64,000 nucleotides of DNA, taken from NCBI GenBank assembly GCA_963664435.2, contig CAXXKM010000003.1, forward strand, positions 96,001 to 160,000, read 5' to 3'. Below are positions 18,952 through 28,881 of this stretch, piece by piece (the stretch's first letter is position 1; every line of letters starts with the position of its first letter). Position numbers and translations under genes: made by a program. The notes under the pieces were generated by a model that worked only from the letters and a program-made list of their open reading frames with translations, had not been told where the DNA came from and searched no databases. This stretch comes from Longimicrobiales bacterium (GTDB taxonomy: Bacteria; Gemmatimonadota; Gemmatimonadetes; Longimicrobiales; Gaopeijiaceae).

Positions 18952-20774
18952 CGATCACACCCCGGCATCTCGAACACCTCCCGGTTCTCCCGGGGGTGTA
19001 CATGCTGAAGGACGGCGACGGGGAGGTACTCTACATCGGCAAGGCCAACGCCCTGCGTGCGCGCGTGCGCAGTTACTTCCGGCCGGATCGCGCGCGGTCG
19101 CTCAGGACGCGCGAGCTGGCTCGCCGCACCGCCGACGTGGAGACCATCGTGGTGGGTACGGGCGCCGAGGCGCTCATCCTTGAGGCCAACCTCATCAAGG
19201 AGTACCGGCCGCGCTTCAATATCCAGTTGCGCGACGACAAGAGCTATCCGCACATCAAGGTGACCGTGGCCGAGCCCTTTCCGCGCGTCTTCGTGACCCG
19301 GCGGCTGCGCCAGGACGGATCGCGCTACTTCGGGCCCTATACTTCGGTGGGCCTGATGCGCCGGTCGCTCGAAGTCGTGAAGCGGCTCTACACGGTGCGA
19401 TCGTGCCGGTACCGGCTTCCGAAGGAGACACCGGCGCGTCCGTGCCTGGACTACCACATCGGGCGTTGCCGGGCGCCCTGCGTGGGCCTGCAGAGCCGGC
19501 AGGCCTACCGCGAGATGATCGATGAGATCCTGCGCGTGCTCGGGGGCGATACCGAGGCCGTGCGAACGCGCGTGGAGGCGCGCATGCAGCGTGCCGCCGA
19601 GGCACTGGACTTCGAGGCCGCCGCGAAGCACCGCAACGTGCTCCAGGGGCTGGATGCGCTGAGCCGCCACCAGCGTGCCTACCGTCTGGGAGGTGGCGAC
19701 CAGGACGTGATCGGGCTGGCCCGGGACGGCGAACTCGGCACCGCAGTGGTTCTGCGCATCCGGGGCGGACTCCTGCTGGGCCGCGAGACCCGACGGCTCT
19801 CGGGGCTGTCCGACGAAGACGACGGCGCGCTCCTCGGCGCCGTGGCTTCCCGGTTCTACCTCGGATCGGGACGGGAGGGGCAGGCCGAGCTCCCAGGGGA
19901 GGTGCTCATTCCCGCCGAGTTCGAGGATCGCGCCCTGCTCGAAGGCATTCTCAGCCGCGCGGCCGGACGCAAGGTTGTGTTCCACCGGCCTCAGCGGGGC
20001 GACAAGGTGCGGCTGATCGAACTGGCCAGCGCCAACGCGCGCCACACCATGGAGGACCGCGTTACCGCGCTCGAGTACGCCGCCGACCGCGCCGACGAGG
20101 TGCTCTACGACCTTCAGAAACGGCTCGGGCTCAAGGTGGTGCCGCGGATGATGGCCTGCTTCGACGTCTCCCACACCCAGGGAACGGAGGTCGTGGCGAG
20201 CGTCGTGGTCTTCCGGAACGGCGAACCCCGGAAGGCCGGGTATCGGCGGATGCGCATCCGGGGCGGTTGGGGCAACGACGACTTCCGCTCGATGGGCGAA
20301 GCCGTCTCGCGCTATGCGAAACGGCTTGTGAAGGAGGACGCCCCGGTTCCGGATCTCGTACTGGTGGATGGCGGCAGGGGCCAGCTCTCCGCCGCGCTCG
20401 AAGCCCTCGGCTCGGCGGGGCTGCAGGAGACGGCGGCGGCGTCGCTCGCGAAGCGGGAAGAGGAGGTGTTCCTGCCCGGCAGGCGCCGGCCGGTGCGCAT
20501 GGGCCGCGCGGACCGGGCGCTCCATCTCCTGCAACGCATGCGCGACGAGGCCCACCGCTTCGCAGTATCCTATACCCGCAAGCTCAGGCGCAGGCGCACG
20601 CTCACGAGCGAACTCGACCGGATCCCGGGCATCGGCGACAAGCGGCGGCAGGCTCTGCTGACCCGCTTCGGGTCGGTGCGCGGCGTGCGTTCGGCCAGCC
20701 GCGCGGAGATCGCGCGGCTGCCCGGCTTCAGCGACGTGCTCGCCACGCGGGTGCTCACCTACCTGGGCAAATGA
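18948..20774 (+). CDS. uvrC: Excinuclease ABC subunit C
   Basis: GIY-YIG domain (PGVYML...LYIGKA), CLDYHIGRCRAPC, FDVSH, LVDGGRGQL, RDEAHRFA, C-terminal HhH. Confidence 0.95.
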   Translation: MTITPRHLEHLPVLPGVYMLKDGDGEVLYIGKANALRARVRSYFRPDRARSLRTRELARRTADVETIVVGTGAEALILEANLIKEYRPRFNIQLRDDKSYPHIKVTVAEPFPRVFVTRRLRQDGSRYFGPYTSVGLMRRSLEVVKRLYTVRSCRYRLPKETPARPCLDYHIGRCRAPCVGLQSRQAYREMIDEILRVLGGDTEAVRTRVEARMQRAAEALDFEAAAKHRNVLQGLDALSRHQRAYRLGGGDQDVIGLARDGELGTAVVLRIRGGLLLGRETRRLSGLSDEDDGALLGAVASRFYLGSGREGQAELPGEVLIPAEFEDRALLEGILSRAAGRKVVFHRPQRGDKVRLIELASANARHTMEDRVTALEYAADRADEVLYDLQKRLGLKVVPRMMACFDVSHTQGTEVVASVVVFRNGEPRKAGYRRMRIRGGWGNDDFRSMGEAVSRYAKRLVKEDAPVPDLVLVDGGRGQLSAALEALGSAGLQETAAASLAKREEEVFLPGRRRPVRMGRADRALHLLQRMRDEAHRFAVSYTRKLRRRRTLTSELDRIPGIGDKRRQALLTRFGSVRGVRSASRAEIARLPGFSDVLATRVLTYLGK

Positions 20775-22225
20775 CCTCGTCCAAGCCAACAGGGGACCAG
20801 CCTGGCATGACCGTTCGCACCCGCTTCGCCCCCAGTCCCACAGGCCGCCTGCACGCGGGAAACGCGCGCGTCGCGGTCTTCAACTGGGCGTTCGCGCGCC
20901 ACCACGGGGGAGCCTTCATCCTGCGCGTCGAGGACACCGACGTCGAGCGCAACCTGGCGGATTCGCTTGATACGATCCTCGACGATCTGCGCTGGCTCGG
21001 AACCCCGTGGGACGAAGGCCCGGAAGTCGGCGGAGACCATGGCCCGTACAGACAGAGCGAGCGCCAGGCGGTGTATGCCGAAACCGCCGGGCGACTCGTC
21101 AAGGCGGGCCTGGCCTACCCCTGCTACTGCGATCTCGAAGCGGCGGCGGAGCGCGGCTTCCGCTATCCCGGGACCTGTCGGACCCTGACCCGGGCCGAAC
21201 GGGTCCGGCGCGAGCGCGACGGGCGGCGCCCGGTGACGCGCTTTCACGTCCCTGCCGGCGAGATCGTGGTGCGTGACGAGGTCTACGGAACGGTGTCCTT
21301 TCCGCCGGACGAGTTCGGCGATTTCGTGATCGTGCGCGCCGACGGGCGGCCGACCTACAACTTCGCGGTCGTCGTGGACGACATCGCCATGCGCATCACG
21401 CACGTCATCCGCGGGGTGGGCCACCTTTCCAATACGCCCAGGCAGGCGGCGCTCTTCGACGCCCTGGCTGCCCCGCGGCCGGTCTTCGCCCACCTCCCGA
21501 TGGTGCTGGGCACGGACCGCCGCAAGCTGTCGAAGCGCGAGGGCGCATCCTCGCTGGCCCTGTTGCGCGAGGCGGGGTACCCGGCTTCCGCGGTCATGAA
21601 CTACCTCTCACTGCTGGGATGGTCCGCGCCGGGTGGGGAAGAGATCCTGACCCCCGCCGAACTGGTCCGCGAGGTGGGACTCGAGCGCATCGGCACCAGC
21701 AACACCGTGTACGACCCGGACAAGCTGCGGTGGGTGTCGGGGAGGCACATCGCCCGTATTCCGCTCCCCGAGCTGGCGCGCGCGGTCATGCCCTTCGTCG
21801 ATCCGGCCCGCGTGCCCGCAGACCGCTACGACCTGTCCCGGGCCGTCGACGTGATTCGCGGGCGCATGACCACCTATTCCGAGATCAACGACCATCTTTC
21901 GCTGTTCCTGGTGGCCCGTGAGCCGGAGTTGAAGGGCGTCCAGGCGGGTCTCCGGGACGACGCGGGCGCGGGTGTCGTGTTGCGCGCGGCGGCCGATCGC
22001 CTGGCCGCCCTGCCGGAGTGGGAGGCTCCCGCCATCGGCCGGGCGATCCGCGCCGCGGGCAAGGAGACGGGTGCCCGCGGCCCCGCGCTGTTCCACCCGG
22101 TCCGAAAGGCGGTGACCGGGCGGGAGAGCGGACCCGACCTGGGACAGGTGCTCGGCGTCTACGGCCGCGACGAAACGCTCGAGCGCATCTCCGCGGCGCT
22201 CCCGGGCGGGCTGACGCAAGGCTGA
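20771..22225 (+). CDS. gltX: Glutamate--tRNA ligase
   Basis: RTRFAPSPTG, HIGH-like HAGN, LRVEDTD, KLSKR. Has the helical anticodon-binding domain, so it is full length and not GluQ. Start 20771 or 20807. Confidence 0.9.
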   Translation: MTSSKPTGDQPGMTVRTRFAPSPTGRLHAGNARVAVFNWAFARHHGGAFILRVEDTDVERNLADSLDTILDDLRWLGTPWDEGPEVGGDHGPYRQSERQAVYAETAGRLVKAGLAYPCYCDLEAAAERGFRYPGTCRTLTRAERVRRERDGRRPVTRFHVPAGEIVVRDEVYGTVSFPPDEFGDFVIVRADGRPTYNFAVVVDDIAMRITHVIRGVGHLSNTPRQAALFDALAAPRPVFAHLPMVLGTDRRKLSKREGASSLALLREAGYPASAVMNYLSLLGWSAPGGEEILTPAELVREVGLERIGTSNTVYDPDKLRWVSGRHIARIPLPELARAVMPFVDPARVPADRYDLSRAVDVIRGRMTTYSEINDHLSLFLVAREPELKGVQAGLRDDAGAGVVLRAAADRLAALPEWEAPAIGRAIRAAGKETGARGPALFHPVRKAVTGRESGPDLGQVLGVYGRDETLERISAALPGGLTQG

Positions 22226-22236
22226 AACCACTCGGC

Positions 22237-22261
22237 CGGCCGGCATGTCCCCGGCCGTTTG
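22237..22261 (+). terminator. Putative intrinsic terminator after gltX
   Basis: CGGCCGG-catgtcc-CCGGCCG hairpin followed by TTTG; the U-tract is short. Confidence 0.4.
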
Positions 22262-22279
22262 CGAGGCCCGCCTCCGGGT

Positions 22280-22308
22280 TTGACGAGAGTCCCCCTTCAT
22301 GTGATACT
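22280..22308 (+). promoter_or_regulatory. Putative sigma70 promoter for TPR lipoprotein/tRNA-Gly
   Basis: TTGACG (22280-85), 17-bp spacer, GATACT (22303-08) with an extended -10 TG. Confidence 0.55.
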
Positions 22309-22400
22309 GTCAGGTTCTACGGGTACGTTTTCCGAGTACTCCGAAATCGCGTGCGAAACGGTGGCTCGGCCGCGCATCAATCGAGAGGAGGAAGCCGGAA

Positions 22401-23831
22401 ATGAGGTTCCAGGCTGGTGTCGTGCTGGCGGCGAGTATGGTGATCGTGGCGGGCGGTTGCGCCGCCGGTTCAGGTGGCGGCGGGGGCGGAGGCGACACGC
22501 CCATGCCTCCGGGCATGGAAGAGGGAGTCCCGCCGCGCGACAACATGTTTACGCGCACCGCCGCGCTGGCGTTGTCGCAGGCGATGCAGAACGCCGACCC
22601 CGGGGAACGCGAGTCGCGGTACCAGGAAGCGTTGCAGGCGGCCATGGACGGCATCGCCAACGACCCCGGCAATCCGCAGTCGTACCGTCAGGCCGGAGAG
22701 GCCTTCGTGGGGCTGAACGACCTCGTCGGGGCCGACTCCATGTGGACCAGGGCCGAAGATCTCTACCCGCTCTACTCCTTCGACCTGGATCCGCTCCGCG
22801 AGCAGCAGTGGGTGAACCAGTACAACCTGGCGGTGAACCAGATCCAGACGGGCGACATGGAAGGGGCGATCCCCCAGTTGGAATCGGCGCACGCGATTTA
22901 CAAGGGACGCCCCGAGGCGATGCTCAATCTGGGCTCGCTTCATGCGCAGCTCGGGAACGAAGGCGATGCCGTGGATTGGTACAGGATCGCACTCGAACTG
23001 CTGCGCGGCCCGGAATTCGAAACGCAGCCGGCAGACATCCAGGCGACATGGTCGGAGAACGAGGAGATCGCGGCCTTCAACCTCGCCCAGATCCTGGCGA
23101 ACGCCGGCCGCAACGAGGAAGCCGAGGTAGCCTACCGCACCTACCTGGAGCGAAGCCCGGACAACGTCACGGCGCTGAGCAACCTCGCCGTGGTCCTGAT
23201 GTCCATGGACCGCAACGAGGAAGCCGCCGAGATCTACCAGGCGCTCCTGGCGCGTACCGACCTGGATGCGCGCGACTACTACGTCACCGGCATCGGCCTC
23301 TACAACGCCGAGAACTACTCGATGGCGGCACAGGCCTTCGGCCGGTCGTACGAGCTCATTCCCGAGAGCCGGGACGCGCTCTACAACTACGCGCAGGCCC
23401 TCTACCTCGCCGGGGAACTGGACGAGCTGTACCCGGCCGCGGTATCCCTCGCGGAGATGGACCCGCACAACAACAACGTCTACAGGCTACTGGCCCAGGG
23501 CCTGATGGCCCAGGGGGACACGGCGGAGGCGGCGCGGGTTCTGGAAGAGGAGATGGCGACCCTCGAGTTCGAGATCGACGGCACCATGCTTCAACCGTTC
23601 GGCGGTGGAGGCGGCGTCGTGAGCGGCGAACTCGTCAACCACTCGCTGCCTGAAGGCGGCTCGATCGACATCCGTGTTTTCTTCTTCGGCACGGACGGGC
23701 TCGAAATCGGAACCCAGGATGTCTCGGTGGCGGTGCCGGCCGCTGAGATGCGGGAGGTGTTCCGGGTCGAAATGGACACCGACCAGGACGTGGTCGCCTA
23801 TCGATACGAGGTCATTTCCCCGGAGCCATGA
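22401..23831 (+). CDS. TPR-repeat lipoprotein with C-terminal FxLYD-like beta domain
   Basis: GAGGAGG SD. Lipobox-like VAGGC followed by a poly-Gly linker, multiple TPR helices (ALSNLA, ALYNYA), C-terminal beta-rich domain. Confidence 0.8.
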   Translation: MRFQAGVVLAASMVIVAGGCAAGSGGGGGGGDTPMPPGMEEGVPPRDNMFTRTAALALSQAMQNADPGERESRYQEALQAAMDGIANDPGNPQSYRQAGEAFVGLNDLVGADSMWTRAEDLYPLYSFDLDPLREQQWVNQYNLAVNQIQTGDMEGAIPQLESAHAIYKGRPEAMLNLGSLHAQLGNEGDAVDWYRIALELLRGPEFETQPADIQATWSENEEIAAFNLAQILANAGRNEEAEVAYRTYLERSPDNVTALSNLAVVLMSMDRNEEAAEIYQALLARTDLDARDYYVTGIGLYNAENYSMAAQAFGRSYELIPESRDALYNYAQALYLAGELDELYPAAVSLAEMDPHNNNVYRLLAQGLMAQGDTAEAARVLEEEMATLEFEIDGTMLQPFGGGGGVVSGELVNHSLPEGGSIDIRVFFFGTDGLEIGTQDVSVAVPAAEMREVFRVEMDTDQDVVAYRYEVISPEP

Positions 23832-23906
23832 TTTCTCAGGGCCTGCGGGAGTCCCGGGCGACGGCGCGGATGACGCGTCGCCCGGGCTTCCCGCTCAGGT
23901 CCGTTT

Positions 23907-23979
23907 GCGGGCGTAGCTCAGTTGGTAGAGCATCAGCTTCCCAAGCTGAGGGTCGCCGGTTCGAGCCCGGTCGCCCGCT
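23907..23979 (+). tRNA. tRNA-Gly(CCC)
   Basis: Acceptor GCGGGCG/CGCCCGC, D-arm AGCTCAGTTGGTAGAGC, anticodon arm TCAGC-TTCCCAA-GCTGA, T-loop GGTTCGA. CCA not encoded. Confidence 0.97.
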
Positions 23980-24159
23980 TCCTCCCCGGGTGACGGCTCC
24001 GTCGCCCGTTCCTCGCTGGCGCGATGCCGACCCGCCCGCGCCATCAGGAAAGCTGCTAGTTTTCTGACACAACCATCTCATTGTGCGCCCGCGCGCGGTG
24101 TCGACAGCCGCGGGCAATCGGGCTCGCCGGCCCCGTCCAGACTCTTGGAGACGAGCATC

Positions 24160-24567
24160 ATGAAGGCCATTTCGACCGCGACTTCCGCACTCGTTCTGAT
24201 TGTTGCCGCCTGCGCTCCCGACGACAGTCCGCCGGCGGAGTCCGGGCAGACGACCGGACGAACGCCTCAATTCGAGAACGAGTATGTCGAGGTCTGGAAG
24301 AGCGTGATCGTGCCCGATCAGCCGCTGGAAATGCACCGTCACGACAATCCCCGCGCCATCATCGCGCTCACGGGCGGGACCCTGACGGTCGTGAACGACG
24401 CCGGCGAGCAGCGCGACATGACCTGGGAGACCGGGAGCGCCTACTGGCTGGAGGCCGACCCGCCGGGCGAGCTGCACGGCGACGTGAACGAGGGGCCGGA
24501 GCCGGTTGAAGTGATCGTCGTACAGTTGAAGCGACCCGCGATGGAGGGGGCGCCGGGCGGCCGCTGA
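24160..24567 (+). CDS. Cupin-domain lipoprotein
   Basis: Lipobox IVAAC, FENEYVEVW, HRH cupin motif 1, H..N.G..P..VIVVQLK motif 2. Confidence 0.75.
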   Translation: MKAISTATSALVLIVAACAPDDSPPAESGQTTGRTPQFENEYVEVWKSVIVPDQPLEMHRHDNPRAIIALTGGTLTVVNDAGEQRDMTWETGSAYWLEADPPGELHGDVNEGPEPVEVIVVQLKRPAMEGAPGGR

Positions 24568-24597
24568 GCGACTGCGGAGGCGCCGGAGGACAACAGG

Positions 24598-25869
24598 ATG
24601 GTTCGGATCGCCGGGGTCGAGAGCGGGAGCATCGCGGAAGAGCTCCGGCTTGAGATCGGCACCCGCGTCGTGCGCATCAACGGGCAGCGAGTGCGCGACG
24701 GCATCGACCTCGCCTTCCTCCTCGGAGATCCGGAGCTGGCCGTCGAGACGGTCTCGCCCGCGGGCGAACACCTCGTGTACGACATCGAACGGGATCCGGG
24801 GACGCCGATCGGGCTGGTCCCGGAGCCCGACAAGATCCGCGAATGCGCCAACAAGTGCGTCTTCTGCTTCATCGACGGCAACCCCCGGGACGCACGGCGC
24901 AGCCTGTGGCTGCGGGATGACGATTTCCGGCTCTCCTTCACCTACGGGAGCTACGTCACCCTGACCAATCTGGGGCCACGGGGCCTGCAGCGGCTTGTGG
25001 ACCAGCGCATCTCGCCACTGTACGTGAGCGTGCACGCCACCGAGCCGGAGGTTCGCGAACGCCTTCTGGTCAACCGGCGCGCGGGGCTCATCATGGAGCA
25101 GCTCTCCTTTCTGCTCGAAGGGGGACTGGAGGTGCATACCCAGGTGGTGCTCTGCCCGGAATGGAACGACGGCGCGCACCTCGACCGGACCGTCGACGAC
25201 CTCTGGTCGCTGGGGCCGCGGGTGCGCTCGCTCTCGGTGGTTCCGGTGGGGCTCACCAGGTACAACGAGAACCGGCCGGTGCGGCGCCTCACTGCAGCCG
25301 AAGCCGCAAACGCAATTGAACAGGTCGAGCGAGCCCGGCAGCGGACGCCCGGCCGGAGGGAAACCCGCTGGGCCTACGCCGCCGACGAGATGTTTCTGAT
25401 CGCCGGGATGGAAGTGCCCGGTGTCCCCTATTACGACGACCTGTCGCTCGTTGAGAACGGCGTAGGCGCGGTGCGCCGCTTCCTGGACGACCTGGACGCC
25501 GGTATGGATACGCTGCCCGACCTCTCGGGGCACCGCATCCGCGTGGTGACGGGCCGGTCGATGGCTCCCTGGATCGAGGCCCGTGCGGGGAAGCTGGAAT
25601 CCGCCACGCGGGCGGAGGTCGAGGTGCTGGCCGTGACCAACCGCTACTTCGGAGAGGGGGTTACGGTTGCGGGCCTGCTCGCGGGGCACGACATGCGCGC
25701 GGCGCTCGGGGAGGGACGGCGCGAGGACATCATCCTGCTTCCGGCCGAGGCTCTCAACGCCGATGAAGTGTTCGTCGACGACTATCCCCTGGCGCGGCTT
25801 GAGCGCGAACTGGCGCCGGCGAGGGTGCTCGCCGGTCACGAGATCACTCGGGCGCTTGCGGAGTCATGA
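24598..25869 (+). CDS. PDZ + Fe-S (radical-SAM-like) DUF512 protein
   Basis: N-terminal PDZ-like segment (GSIAEEL...INGQ), CANKCVFC motif, DDDFRLSF.YGSYVTLTN, ENGVG, VTVAGLLAG. Confidence 0.82.
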   Translation: MVRIAGVESGSIAEELRLEIGTRVVRINGQRVRDGIDLAFLLGDPELAVETVSPAGEHLVYDIERDPGTPIGLVPEPDKIRECANKCVFCFIDGNPRDARRSLWLRDDDFRLSFTYGSYVTLTNLGPRGLQRLVDQRISPLYVSVHATEPEVRERLLVNRRAGLIMEQLSFLLEGGLEVHTQVVLCPEWNDGAHLDRTVDDLWSLGPRVRSLSVVPVGLTRYNENRPVRRLTAAEAANAIEQVERARQRTPGRRETRWAYAADEMFLIAGMEVPGVPYYDDLSLVENGVGAVRRFLDDLDAGMDTLPDLSGHRIRVVTGRSMAPWIEARAGKLESATRAEVEVLAVTNRYFGEGVTVAGLLAGHDMRAALGEGRREDIILLPAEALNADEVFVDDYPLARLERELAPARVLAGHEITRALAES

Positions 25870-27203
25870 TCGACGCGCGACTCCCGGTGGTCGCGGTGGT
25901 CGGCCGTCCCAACGTGGGCAAGTCCACGCTCTTCAACCGCGTCCTGGGACGGCGCAAGGCGATCGTGGACGACACCCCGGGGGTGACCCGGGACCGGCAC
26001 TTCGCCCGCGCCGACTGGGCGGGGCGGGACTTCTTCCTGGTCGATACCGGGGGGGTGGTGGAAGGCAGCGACAGCCCGCTCGACCGGGCGGTGCGCACCC
26101 AGGCGCTGGCGGCCGTGAAGGAAGCCGACCTGATCCTCTTCGTGGTGGACGCCAGGGACGGCATCCATCCGCTGGACGAAAAGCTCGGCGCGGTGCTGCG
26201 GCGCAGCGAGCGCCCGGTTTTGCTGGTGGCGAACAAGGTGGACAACCTTCCGCGCGAAACTTCCCACCACGAGTTCTGGGGCCTGGGCCTGGGCGAGCCG
26301 GTCCCCGTGAGCGCGATCTCGGGGAAGGGAAGCGGCGACCTGCTGGACGTGGTGCTGGAGGCACTGCCTGATCCCGAGACCGTTCGCACCGAGCCCGACA
26401 CGGTGCGGGTGGCGGTGATCGGCAAGCCCAACGTGGGCAAGTCCAGCTTCGTCAACCGATTGTTCGGCGAGGAGCGCATGGTGGTCAGCGAGGCGGCCGG
26501 CACCACCCGCGACCCCGTGGACTCCACCATGCGCTACCACGGACGCAATCTGGTCTTCGTGGACACCGCCGGGCTGCGCCGCCAGGCCCGCATCCACGAC
26601 TCCATCGAGTACTACGCGTGGCTGCGCGCGACCCGGGTGATCCGGGAGGCGGACGTATGCCTGGTGCTGACGGACGCCTCCTCGGGCATCCACATGCAGG
26701 ACGTGAAGGTCGCCGAGACGGCCTGGGACTCGGGCTGCGGGGTCATCCTGGTGGTCAACAAATGGGATCTCGTCGAGAGGAACGGCTCCACCGCGCCCGG
26801 AATCGAGAGAGACGTGCGCGCGCGCATCCCCTTCCTGCGCTGGGTGCCCTTCGTCTTCACCTCGGCGCTCACCGGCCAGCGGGTGCGCAGGACTCTGGAT
26901 CTCGTGCTCCGGGTCCAGGAGGAACGGGAACGCCGCATCCCGACCCCGGAATTCAACCGGGAGCTGGGACGGCTGGTGGCGCGCCATCCACCGGCGCATT
27001 CGCGCGGGCGGGCGGTCAAGGTTCGCTATGGCACCCAGGTGGGCGTCGCTCCTCCCGCCTTCGTCCTCTTCAGCAATCTGCCCAGGGAGATTCAACCGGC
27101 CTACGCACGTTATCTTGAGAACGGGTTCCGCCGCCGCTGGCCGATGGCGGGTTCGCCGCTCCGGATGCGCTTCAAGGCGGATGGAGGCCCCGACAGACGA
27201 TGA
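25866..27203 (+). CDS. der: Ribosome biogenesis GTPase Der (EngA)
   Basis: Two GTPase domains (GRPNVGKS/DTGG/NKVD and GKPNVGKS/DTAG/NKWD) plus a KH-like tail. Confidence 0.95.
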   Translation: MIDARLPVVAVVGRPNVGKSTLFNRVLGRRKAIVDDTPGVTRDRHFARADWAGRDFFLVDTGGVVEGSDSPLDRAVRTQALAAVKEADLILFVVDARDGIHPLDEKLGAVLRRSERPVLLVANKVDNLPRETSHHEFWGLGLGEPVPVSAISGKGSGDLLDVVLEALPDPETVRTEPDTVRVAVIGKPNVGKSSFVNRLFGEERMVVSEAAGTTRDPVDSTMRYHGRNLVFVDTAGLRRQARIHDSIEYYAWLRATRVIREADVCLVLTDASSGIHMQDVKVAETAWDSGCGVILVVNKWDLVERNGSTAPGIERDVRARIPFLRWVPFVFTSALTGQRVRRTLDLVLRVQEERERRIPTPEFNRELGRLVARHPPAHSRGRAVKVRYGTQVGVAPPAFVLFSNLPREIQPAYARYLENGFRRRWPMAGSPLRMRFKADGGPDRR

Positions 27204-27835
27204 CCCCATGGCTCTGGTTGCTGGCCGCCTATTTCGCGGGATCGCTCCCGACCAGTTACGTCGTCGGAAAGGCGATCGGGGGAATGGACCTGCGCCGCGA
27301 GGGAAGCGGCAACCTCGGCGCGACCAACGTCTACCGGGCGATGGGGTTGCGCGTGGCGGTGCCGGTCGCGCTGGTGGACATCGGCAAGGGCTGGCTGCCG
27401 GCCTGGCTGTTTCCGATGCTGGACGGCGGCGCCGCGAACGGTTGGGCGGCAGCGTACGGCGCCGCCGCGATCCTCGGCCACACCTTCTCCTGCTGGATGC
27501 GCTTCAGGGGGGGAAAGGGCGTGGCCACGGCCGCCGGGGCCTTCCTCGCGCTGTCGCCGGTCGCCGTGCTGGCGGCCGCGGCGGTCTGGGTGCTGGTCTT
27601 CGCGGGGCGGGGCATCGTCTCGCTCGCATCGATCGCGGCGGCGGTCGCGCTTCCGGCGGTGGTGGTGGTGGGGAATGCAGTGCGCGGCGCCGGGGATCCA
27701 TGGGTCGCGGGGTTTGCGGTCCTGGCCGGCGCCTTCATCGTCTGGGCCCACCGGTCCAACATCGGGCGACTGCTGAGGGGCGAAGAAGGGCGCATCAGTG
27801 ACGATCGCCGCGCCCGGCGGGGCGAAGATGGCTGA
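27200..27835 (+). CDS. plsY: Glycerol-3-phosphate acyltransferase PlsY
   Basis: GSGNLGATN, FRGGKGVATAAG, HRSNIGRL. Confidence 0.93.
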   Translation: MTPWLWLLAAYFAGSLPTSYVVGKAIGGMDLRREGSGNLGATNVYRAMGLRVAVPVALVDIGKGWLPAWLFPMLDGGAANGWAAAYGAAAILGHTFSCWMRFRGGKGVATAAGAFLALSPVAVLAAAAVWVLVFAGRGIVSLASIAAAVALPAVVVVGNAVRGAGDPWVAGFAVLAGAFIVWAHRSNIGRLLRGEEGRISDDRRARRGEDG

Positions 27836-28847
27836 GCCCGCCCACAGGATCGGCGTGCTGGGCGCCGGCAGTTGGGGGACGGCCCTGGCCGCGCTCGCCG
27901 CGCGCCGGGGGCACGACGTCTGTCTGTGGGCGCGCGAGCCGGAAGTCGTGCGGCAGATCCGGGAAGGCGGCGAGAACCGTTGCTTCCTGCCCGGCGTGGA
28001 ACTTCCGCGCGAACTGAACGCAACCGGAGAGATGGAAGGGGCCGTCGCCGGCGCGGAGATCGTCATGTCGGTGAGCCCCGCGCAGTACGCCGGGACCGTC
28101 GTGGGACGCGCCGCGCCCTTCCTGGAGTCCGACGCCGTGGTGGTGTCGGCCTCCAAGGGGATCGAGATCGCGACGCTGCGGCGCATGGACGAGGTGATGT
28201 CCGAGCTGCTCACGCCGCGACAGGGCGCGCGCCTGACCGTGCTCTCGGGTCCCAGCTTCGCGGCGGAAGTGGTGCGCGGCCAGCCCACCGCGGTTGTCGC
28301 GGCGAGCCGGTCGGAGGAGGCCCGCCTGCTGGTCCAGACCGCCCTTCAGGGCCCCAGTTTTCGCGTGTACACCAACGACGACGTGATCGGGGTCGAGCTG
28401 GGCGGCGCCCTCAAGAACGTGATCGCGCTGGCCGCCGGGGTGGTGGCGGGCCACGGTTTCGGACACAACACGCTCTGTGCCCTGATCACCCGCGGACTGG
28501 CCGAAATCACCCGGCTCGGGGTTGCCATGGGCGCCCGTCCACCCACTTTTTTCGGGTTGGCGGGAATGGGCGACCTGGTCCTTACCTGCACCGGCCACGT
28601 GAGCCGCAACCGTACCGTGGGCTTCGAGCTCGGACGGGGGCGCACCCTGGACGACATTCTGGGCGGCATGACGGCGGTGGCGGAGGGCGTGAAGACAGCG
28701 GAGGCCGTGCACGAGCTGGCCGCCAGGTATCGGGTGGAGATGCCGATCTGCGACCAGGTCTACGATATCCTGATGGGGAGAACGGACCCCGCCGAGGCGG
28801 CGAACAACCTCATGATGCGGGATCCCAAGCCGGAACACTGGTCGTGA
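27828..28847 (+). CDS. gpsA: NAD(P)H-dependent glycerol-3-phosphate dehydrogenase
   Basis: GAGSWGTALA, SKGIE, LSGPSFA, GALKNVIA, GDLVLTC, SRNR. Confidence 0.95.
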   Translation: MAEPAHRIGVLGAGSWGTALAALAARRGHDVCLWAREPEVVRQIREGGENRCFLPGVELPRELNATGEMEGAVAGAEIVMSVSPAQYAGTVVGRAAPFLESDAVVVSASKGIEIATLRRMDEVMSELLTPRQGARLTVLSGPSFAAEVVRGQPTAVVAASRSEEARLLVQTALQGPSFRVYTNDDVIGVELGGALKNVIALAAGVVAGHGFGHNTLCALITRGLAEITRLGVAMGARPPTFFGLAGMGDLVLTCTGHVSRNRTVGFELGRGRTLDDILGGMTAVAEGVKTAEAVHELAARYRVEMPICDQVYDILMGRTDPAEAANNLMMRDPKPEHWS

Positions 28848-28881
28848 CCGCGTCGCCGATCCAGGGGCCCGGGAGGAGCCA

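Noticed and set aside
20771..22225. GluQ (glutamyl-queuosine synthetase) instead of GltX
   Set aside because: The protein has the C-terminal anticodon-binding domain that GluQ lacks.
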